Below are positions 58,254-64,000 of a DNA stretch of 64,000 nt, piece after piece. The stretch comes from Candidatus Vogelbacteria bacterium (GTDB lineage: Bacteria; Patescibacteriota; Minisyncoccia; Phycocordibacterales; XYD1-FULL-46-19). A program made the position numbers and the translations under genes. The stretch spans positions 161,118-225,117 of the forward strand of contig JAIOOX010000002.1 of the NCBI GenBank assembly GCA_021414225.1, written 5' to 3'. Each line of letters opens with the position of its first letter. The stretch's first letter is position 1. The notes beneath the pieces are model-generated. The model was not told the DNA's origin and did no database searches. It was given only the letters and a program-made list of their open reading frames with translations.

Positions 58254-58293
58254 AGCAACAAAAAACCTCCCCATTCGGGAGGTTTTTTGTTGC
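58254..58293 (+). terminator. perfect extended palindrome terminator (probably the original rpsI terminator)
   Basis: GCAACAAAAAACCTCCC-CATTC-GGGAGGTTTTTTGTTGC. Confidence 0.7.
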
Positions 58294-58328
58294 TTTAAAA
58301 GGTCTTGCCTTACTCCTAAAAAAGAGCT

Positions 58329-58856
58329 ATGATAATGCTTATGGATACAATAAAATCATTCTTCTCTGAAGAGAACAAAGGTAAGACCATTACCACTATT
58401 TTAGCTATAATTTTAGTAATTGCTGTTGGTTATTTTTTCTTTGGTAAGGAAGCTTTCGCTCCTAGTCAAAAAGATTTAAAAGCGGGGTCAACCGCTACAA
58501 CTAGTGTTGATTCTGTTTTAACAAACTCCATCAGCACATCCAATCAAACTCCTAGTGACTTAATCAATATCGAAAAAGTAGTTATCACTAAAGGCAGTTG
58601 GATTGCTATTTATTCAGACAACGAAGGCGAGCCTGGTAGTATTATCGGAGCTCAATATTTAACAGCTGGTGACTACGCTAATGTTCCAGTTCAAATTTTT
58701 GTTAGAACTGTTGCTGGTCAAACTTATTACGCGGTAGTAAACTCTGATGACGGGGTGATGTCTTTTGACTACAAAAAAGATTTACCGATCACCAACTCTG
58801 AAGGTAAGTGGGTAATGGATTCATTTGAGGTTCTTCCTATTGGGGCTCGCGGTTAA
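58329..58856 (+). CDS. membrane-anchored hypothetical protein
   Basis: N-terminal TM, Ser/Thr-rich linker, beta-rich C-terminus. Confidence 0.5.
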   Translation: MIMLMDTIKSFFSEENKGKTITTILAIILVIAVGYFFFGKEAFAPSQKDLKAGSTATTSVDSVLTNSISTSNQTPSDLINIEKVVITKGSWIAIYSDNEGEPGSIIGAQYLTAGDYANVPVQIFVRTVAGQTYYAVVNSDDGVMSFDYKKDLPITNSEGKWVMDSFEVLPIGARG

Positions 58857-58914
58857 TTGTTTTAAAATTTAGTTTCTATTTAGTTCAAAACTTTAATCAG
58901 TAAACTATTTTTCT

Positions 58915-59493
58915 ATGACTGACAACATTAATCACAACGATGACAATCTAGATGTAGAAGAAGTAGAGTTTTCATCAACTGACGATGAAGGATTAGAAGA
59001 AAATGCTCAAGCTAAAATTAAAAAGTTGCGAGCTGACCTAAAACAAGCTAACTCCGAGAAAATTGAATATCTCTCTGGCTGGCAACGAGCGAAGGCGGAC
59101 TATATCAACCTCCAAAATACTGAGGATAAAAACCGAACAGATATAATTAAGTATGCTAAGGAAAGTTTGTTGGTAGATTTGTTACCACTAGTCGACAGTT
59201 TTGATATGGCTTTTGCCAATAAAGCGGTCTGGGAACAAGCGCCCGAAAATTGGCGCAAGGGGATTGAATATATTTACAGCCAGCTATCAGGTATTTTAAA
59301 AGATAATGGACTGGAGCCGGTCGTTCCACCCCTTGGTTCTGATTTTGATCCACAACGTCACGAATCGATCGGTCTGACGGCAACAGATAAAGAGAGTGAG
59401 GACGGAAAAATACTTGAAGTCGTTAAAAAAGGTTATATACTACAAGGGAAATTGATTCGCCCCGCTCAAGTGAAAACAGGCGAATTAAAATAA
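58915..59493 (+). CDS. grpE: nucleotide exchange factor GrpE
   Basis: Coiled-coil N-terminus, then FDPQRHESIG... VKKGYILQGKLIRPAQV. Confidence 0.9.
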   Translation: MTDNINHNDDNLDVEEVEFSSTDDEGLEENAQAKIKKLRADLKQANSEKIEYLSGWQRAKADYINLQNTEDKNRTDIIKYAKESLLVDLLPLVDSFDMAFANKAVWEQAPENWRKGIEYIYSQLSGILKDNGLEPVVPPLGSDFDPQRHESIGLTATDKESEDGKILEVVKKGYILQGKLIRPAQVKTGELK

Positions 59494-59535
59494 AAAGGTC
59501 AATCATTATAATCAACTAATTCATCAAATATTTTT

Positions 59536-61449
59536 ATGGCAAAAATTCTAGGTATTGATTTGGGTACAACCAACTCCGCAATGGCTTATATCGAGGGCGG
59601 TCAACCAAAAATTATTGAAAACAGTGAAGGCGCTCGGACTACTCCATCTATCGTCGCGGTTTCCAAAACTGGTGAACGACTAGTTGGTATGTTGGCTAAA
59701 CGTCAGGCTATCACTAACCCTAAAAACACTGTCTCTGGTATCAAACGCTTGATGGGTCACAAATTTGAAGATCCTAACGTTCAGAAAGATAAAGGGTTGG
59801 TGCCTTACGTGATCGAAAAATCTGAAGATGGTGGAGTCAAAGTAACTATGGGCGACAAGCACAATCGTCCTGAAGAAGTCTCCGCTATGATTCTCAGTAA
59901 GCTCAAGCGTGATGCTGAGGCTCACTTAGGTGAAAAGATTGAGGAAGTGGTGATCACTGTCCCAGCTTACTTTGACGACTCTCAACGAAAGGCTACTAAA
60001 GATGCTGGTGAAATCGCTGGTTTTAAAGTTCGTCGTATTATCAACGAACCAACCGCCGCTGCGCTCGCTTACGGTTTAGATAAAAAGAAAAATGAAAAGA
60101 TCGCGGTCTACGACTTCGGTGGTGGTACTTTTGATGTGTCCGTGCTCGAAATCAGTGGTGGTAGTGACGAACAAAGCATCGAAGTGAAATCAACCGATGG
60201 TGACTCCCACATGGGCGGTGAAGATATCGACCAAAAAATCATCAAATGGCTAGCTGATACTTTCAAAAGCAAAACTGGTATCGATGTCACCAAAGATGAA
60301 TTAGCTCTTCAACGTTTGAAGGAAGCCGCCGAAAAAGCGAAGCACGAACTTTCTACCGCCGCTCAAAGTGAAATCAATATTCCTTTCATTAGTTCTGACG
60401 CCTCTGGCCCAGTGCACTTGTTAGAGACCATGACTCGCTCTAAGCTCGAAGAATTAGCTGATGAATATATTGCCCGCTCAATCGAGATTACCAAGCGTGC
60501 TGTCGAAGCCTCTGGCCTAAAAGTGGGAGACATCAATGAAATCATTCTCGTCGGTGGTCAAACTCGTATGCCAGCTATCCAAGAAGCGGTTAAAAAGTTT
60601 TTCGGTAAAGAACCAAACCGATCTATCAACCCAGATGAAGTGGTCGCTATTGGTGCCGCTGTGCAAGCGGGTATTTTCCAAGGTGACGTTAAAGATGTCC
60701 TACTTCTTGATGTCACACCACTGTCTGTTGGTATTGAGACTATGGGTGGTATCGCTACTAAGATCATCGAACGTAACACCACTATTCCAACTTCTCGCAG
60801 TCAGACTTTCTCAACTGCCGCCGACAATCAAACTAGTGTGGAGATTCACGTGGTGCAAGGTGAACGAGAAATGTCCGCCGACAACAAAACACTTGGTCGC
60901 TTTATCTTAGATGGTATTCCACCAGCTCCTCGCGGCATGCCACAAGTGGAAGTCACTTTTGATATAGATGCCAACGGTATCTTGTCAGTGAAGGCCAAGG
61001 ATAAAACGAGTGGCAAGGAACAATCAATCCGGATCGAAGCGCAATCAAGTCTGTCCAAAGAAGATATTGAAAAGATGAAAAAGGAAGCCGAAATTCACGC
61101 TGACGAAGACAAGGCTAAAAAAGAAGCGGTGGAAGCTAAGAACATGGCCGATCAAATGATCTATACCGCTGAGAAAGCCTTGAAAGATGCTGAGGGCAAG
61201 ATCACTGACGATGTGAAGAAAGGCGTGGAAGATAAAGTAGCGGCTTTGAAAGCAGTCAAAGAAGGCGCTGACAAAGAAGCTATCACCAAAGCGACCGGTG
61301 ATCTATCAACCGAAATGTCTAAAATCGGTGAAGCGATGAGTAAAGCCGCCGGCTCTGAAGCAGGCGCTACTCCAAACCCAGAAGCTACTGATCCAAATAT
61401 TCGCGACGCGGAAACTGGTGACTCTAACCCAGACCAACCAACTGCTTAA
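59536..61449 (+). CDS. dnaK: chaperone DnaK (Hsp70)
   Basis: [38 protein letters not shown]. Confidence 0.95.
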   Translation: MAKILGIDLGTTNSAMAYIEGGQPKIIENSEGARTTPSIVAVSKTGERLVGMLAKRQAITNPKNTVSGIKRLMGHKFEDPNVQKDKGLVPYVIEKSEDGGVKVTMGDKHNRPEEVSAMILSKLKRDAEAHLGEKIEEVVITVPAYFDDSQRKATKDAGEIAGFKVRRIINEPTAAALAYGLDKKKNEKIAVYDFGGGTFDVSVLEISGGSDEQSIEVKSTDGDSHMGGEDIDQKIIKWLADTFKSKTGIDVTKDELALQRLKEAAEKAKHELSTAAQSEINIPFISSDASGPVHLLETMTRSKLEELADEYIARSIEITKRAVEASGLKVGDINEIILVGGQTRMPAIQEAVKKFFGKEPNRSINPDEVVAIGAAVQAGIFQGDVKDVLLLDVTPLSVGIETMGGIATKIIERNTTIPTSRSQTFSTAADNQTSVEIHVVQGEREMSADNKTLGRFILDGIPPAPRGMPQVEVTFDIDANGILSVKAKDKTSGKEQSIRIEAQSSLSKEDIEKMKKEAEIHADEDKAKKEAVEAKNMADQMIYTAEKALKDAEGKITDDVKKGVEDKVAALKAVKEGADKEAITKATGDLSTEMSKIGEAMSKAAGSEAGATPNPEATDPNIRDAETGDSNPDQPTA

Positions 61450-61459
61450 AACTTAACCT

Positions 61460-62533
61460 ATGGCCAAAGATTATTACGAAACCTTAGGGGTGCCGAAGAC
61501 AGCCTCCAAGGAAGAAATCAAAAAGGCCTTCCATAAGTTAGCTCACAAACATCACCCGGATAAAGGCGGTGATGAGGCTAAATTCAAAGAGGCGAGCGAA
61601 GCCTACCAAATCCTCTCAGATGACTCTAAAAGAGCCCAATACGACCGTTTTGGGGCTAATGGCCCTATGGGTGGAGGTGGTGGCGGATTCAACCCTGGTC
61701 AGCAGGGCTGGGATTTTGATTTCTCTGGTTTCGGTGGTGGCCAAGGTCAGGGTGGTTTTGAATTCGACCTCGGCGATATCTTCGGTGACATTTTTGGTGG
61801 TGGCGCTAGAGCCAAGCGTGGCCGTGATATTTCTGTCGACACACAAATCACCTTTGCTGAATCTATTTTTGGTACCAGCCGCAAAATAACGATCAATAAA
61901 GTTGGTAAGTGTCAGACCTGTCAGGGTTCTGGTGCCGAACCAGGTAGCAAAACCAAAACCTGTGATAAATGTCAGGGCAAAGGCAAAATCCAAGAAACCA
62001 GACGTTCGATCATGGGTTCTTTCAACACAGTCGTCACTTGTGATAAGTGTCATGGCAAAGGCCAAATCCCCGAAAAAGCTTGTAAGACTTGTGGTGGCCA
62101 AGGCGTCAACAAACACAATGAAGAAATCGAGGTCAATATTCCCGCCGGCATTGAGGTGGGTCAAATGATCCGCATGACTGGCCAAGGCGAAGCTATCAGC
62201 AACGGCCAGGCCGGTGATCTTTATATCAAAGTTCACATTCAAGCCGACAAAACATTCCAGCGCGATGGTCACAACCTGACCATGCATTTAGAAATTAAGC
62301 TGACTGATAGTTTGTTGGGTGCCAGTTATAATATCAAAACTTTAGACGGGGATGTTTCTATCAAAATCCCAGAAGGTATTTCCAGTGGCGAAATTTTACG
62401 CGTCAAAAACAAAGGGGTGCCTGTCGGTAATAGACGAGGTGATTTGTTGGTGACTATAATTATAAAAACCCCAACCAAACTCTCCAAAAACGCCAAAAAC
62501 CTGGTCGAAAAACTGAAAGAAGAGGGGATTTAG
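61460..62533 (+). CDS. dnaJ: chaperone DnaJ
   Basis: J-domain with HPD (KHHPDKGG), Gly/Phe-rich region, four CxxCxGxG repeats. Confidence 0.95.
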   Translation: MAKDYYETLGVPKTASKEEIKKAFHKLAHKHHPDKGGDEAKFKEASEAYQILSDDSKRAQYDRFGANGPMGGGGGGFNPGQQGWDFDFSGFGGGQGQGGFEFDLGDIFGDIFGGGARAKRGRDISVDTQITFAESIFGTSRKITINKVGKCQTCQGSGAEPGSKTKTCDKCQGKGKIQETRRSIMGSFNTVVTCDKCHGKGQIPEKACKTCGGQGVNKHNEEIEVNIPAGIEVGQMIRMTGQGEAISNGQAGDLYIKVHIQADKTFQRDGHNLTMHLEIKLTDSLLGASYNIKTLDGDVSIKIPEGISSGEILRVKNKGVPVGNRRGDLLVTIIIKTPTKLSKNAKNLVEKLKEEGI

Positions 62534-62584
62534 GTATGCCTAGACAGTAAACATATATAATCTATAGTTAATCTATTTTTAACC

Positions 62585-63286
62585 ATGGAATTTCAATTCT
62601 ATAAAAATAAAATTAAACTCCTAAATTGGAATTGGAAAAAGATAATAGCAAGAATTAAATTTTTTAGTAACTTTTTTTTCTTTGTAATAATCCCCATTCC
62701 TTTGATCTACTACATATTTTGGGGAAGTAGTGTTAACCTACAACTTAAAAATACAAACAATTGGAGTAATGTTAAGGTAGAAATTATTGATAATCCAGGA
62801 TTCCTTACTTATGTGAGGAATGTCTTACAAGTTCCTTTTGACCTATCAATTTTAGAAGTGTGTCTAATAAATAAATCAGACTACTCACTTAAAGATATAG
62901 TGATGAAGAATGATCAAGGGAATATAGTTTGGGATGCGGGACTTTTTGAAAAAGGGAGTAGGATTTGTACTGTAACCCACTCTAGAAATTTTTCAGTTGG
63001 AAGAAGAATAGAATCTCCCAATTTACCAACATTTATACTAGAAAACGGTTCCCCTAAAATGATTCAAAATCTAGAAGAAGCAAAGAGAGAGGTTAAAATA
63101 GAGGCTGACAATAATTATGGGGCAAGACCTCTTTTTGGATCAAAGTTAGTTTCAAGTTTTATATTCTTTATTGCTTATATTACAGTATTGGAGGTATCTA
63201 GTAGATGGTTAAAAAAAGTTTTTAAAATATTGAGATTCATTATTATTTTCATTTCAAATCCTTCAAAAACTCAATCAGGTTTTTAA
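62585..63286 (+). CDS. membrane hypothetical protein
   Basis: Internal and C-terminal TM helices. Extremely AT-rich. Confidence 0.4.
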   Translation: MEFQFYKNKIKLLNWNWKKIIARIKFFSNFFFFVIIPIPLIYYIFWGSSVNLQLKNTNNWSNVKVEIIDNPGFLTYVRNVLQVPFDLSILEVCLINKSDYSLKDIVMKNDQGNIVWDAGLFEKGSRICTVTHSRNFSVGRRIESPNLPTFILENGSPKMIQNLEEAKREVKIEADNNYGARPLFGSKLVSSFIFFIAYITVLEVSSRWLKKVFKILRFIIIFISNPSKTQSGF

Positions 63287-63833
63287 TATCATCATCAATA
63301 CTGATTTTTAAGATATCACAACCACGAGTGATCATACTGCGGTCGATTTTGGCAGCAAAACTTTCTTCATTAAACTTTTTCTTGACTGAACTGACTTTCA
63401 TTTCGCCAAACGACACTGGATTCATTTTTTGATAGGCGTAGAAGATACCACACATTTCATCACAAGCCATCAGCGCTCCGGCCAAAGGAGTGTCTGGTTG
63501 GGTAGAGAAGCCGTTATAACCATAAGCATGCGCTTCCACGGCGTGAATCAAGGCTTCTGGATACTGCCAGTCTTTAAACCACTTTAAAGACGGTCCTGGG
63601 TGTTCATGAGGATGTTCGGTGAAGTCCAGATCGTGAAGCAGACCCGTGATATACCACAAGTCTTTGTCTTCACCATAAAGTCCGGCATAACCCTCCATTG
63701 CTTGGGCCACCATTACCGCATGATGACGTTGGTATGGATCACTAACATGTTGATCTAATAATTTAAGTGCTTCTTCTCTAGTTGGTAGACTCATATATTT
63801 ATATAGCTTAACTAATAATAAGGCGATTGGCAT
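63249..63833 (-). CDS. HD-domain phosphohydrolase (start may be the internal MSLPTREE)
   Basis: H...HD metal-binding pattern (QRHHAVMVA... LLHDLDF... HAVEAH). Confidence 0.6.
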   Translation of the reverse strand: MPIALLLVKLYKYMSLPTREEALKLLDQHVSDPYQRHHAVMVAQAMEGYAGLYGEDKDLWYITGLLHDLDFTEHPHEHPGPSLKWFKDWQYPEALIHAVEAHAYGYNGFSTQPDTPLAGALMACDEMCGIFYAYQKMNPVSFGEMKVSSVKKKFNEESFAAKIDRSMITRGCDILKISIDDDIKNLIEFLKDLK

Positions 63834-63877
63834 CCCGATAGGGCCAGCAACCGCCTAATTAAAGGAACAGACTCTCG

Positions 63878-64000
63878 TCAGTTCAGATCGGGCCTGGATA
63901 AGCAGATTAGATTAAGTCCTTCAGTGGTGCCATGTTGTTCCAGATGGCTAAGGACCTCTTTTTCCGCCAGCTCCGCTTCCACTTCCGTGTCGAACGACTG
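63878..64000 (-). CDS. 3' end of a minus-strand gene continuing beyond the window (GC-rich)
   Basis: Translated by hand, one frame is open from 64000 to the TGA at 63880-63878 (...TEVEAELAEKEVLSHLEQHGTTEGLNLICLSRPDLN). The other frames hit stops. Confidence 0.3.
   Translation of the reverse strand, partial: QSFDTEVEAELAEKEVLSHLEQHGTTEGLNLICLSRPDLN

Noticed and set aside
58857-58914. CIRCE/HrcA operator upstream of grpE-dnaK-dnaJ
   Set aside because: No TTAGCACTC-N9-GAGTGCTAA-like inverted repeat is present in the 60-bp leader or further upstream to 58294.
1-64000. Possibility that the window is a circular molecule, with the GC-rich gene at 64000-63878 continuing into the gene ending at position 1
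   Set aside because: Both are minus-strand and GC-rich, but the gene at 1-1411 leaves 1 nt of an incomplete codon at position 1. The only open frame at the far end starts exactly at 64000, so the frames do not join.
1-64000. CRISPR arrays, rRNA genes, tmRNA, RNase P RNA, SRP RNA
   Set aside because: Scanning by eye found no regularly spaced short direct repeats with unique spacers and no recognisable conserved cores of these RNAs. The only RNA gene supported is tRNA-Ala at 3010-3082.

Overview
The window reads as a compact, AT-rich (roughly 40% GC by eye), Patescibacteria/CPR-like chromosome segment. The supporting signs are a LeuS without a recognisable CP1 editing domain, an AlaS lacking the C-terminal domain, sigma-70 region-4-only proteins, several leaderless promoters, and an infA-rpmJ-rpsM-rpsK-rpsD-rpoA-rplQ-rplM-rpsI block that runs straight on without a break. 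The core segment is interrupted by a ~36.4 kb integrated prophage-like element at 21.8-58.3 kb. The element sits in the last codons of rpsI (ribosomal protein S9). The rpsI 3' end, encoding ...PQWSKR plus stop, is found three times: at 21815-21832, at 21867-21887 and at 58225-58245. An 11-bp identical core, TGGAGTAAGCG, is shared by the first and third copies, and a tyrosine integrase lies next to the right-hand copy. From left to right the element carries: (1) a replisome-organizer-like wHTH protein and a Dcm methyltransferase; (2) terminase, portal, scaffold, capsid, fibers, a LysM protein, a glycine-rich internal protein, a holin-like protein and an amidase endolysin; (3) a gap-free cargo block (43.3-51.4 kb) of Fic, MTase, putative REase, a second MTase, a MORC-like GHKL ATPase, a Nudix hydrolase, two nucleoside 2-deoxyribosyltransferase/DNPH1-like proteins and two small membrane proteins; (4) a UbiA-like gene and one unknown gene in a GC-richer patch with strong Shine-Dalgarno sites; (5) a minus-strand module of large serine recombinase, ParB-like nuclease-domain protein and a sigma-r4-like small HTH. 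A dyad-symmetric ~28-bp motif (AAGTAATGCACGCAATTTTGCA-T-rich) occurs four times, each at the head of a virion or lysis gene block. The most likely new biology is the MTase-GHKL-Nudix-NDT-NDT-membrane operon, which I propose as a candidate undescribed defence or nucleotide-pool-manipulation system. Two further unusual points are a Nudix-fold domain inserted inside LeuS, and the left (1-3009, next to tRNA-Ala) and right (after 63840) flanks being clearly GC-richer than the interior. Family assignments rest on motifs read by eye and recalled from memory. No searches or computations were run, and GC values are visual estimates.
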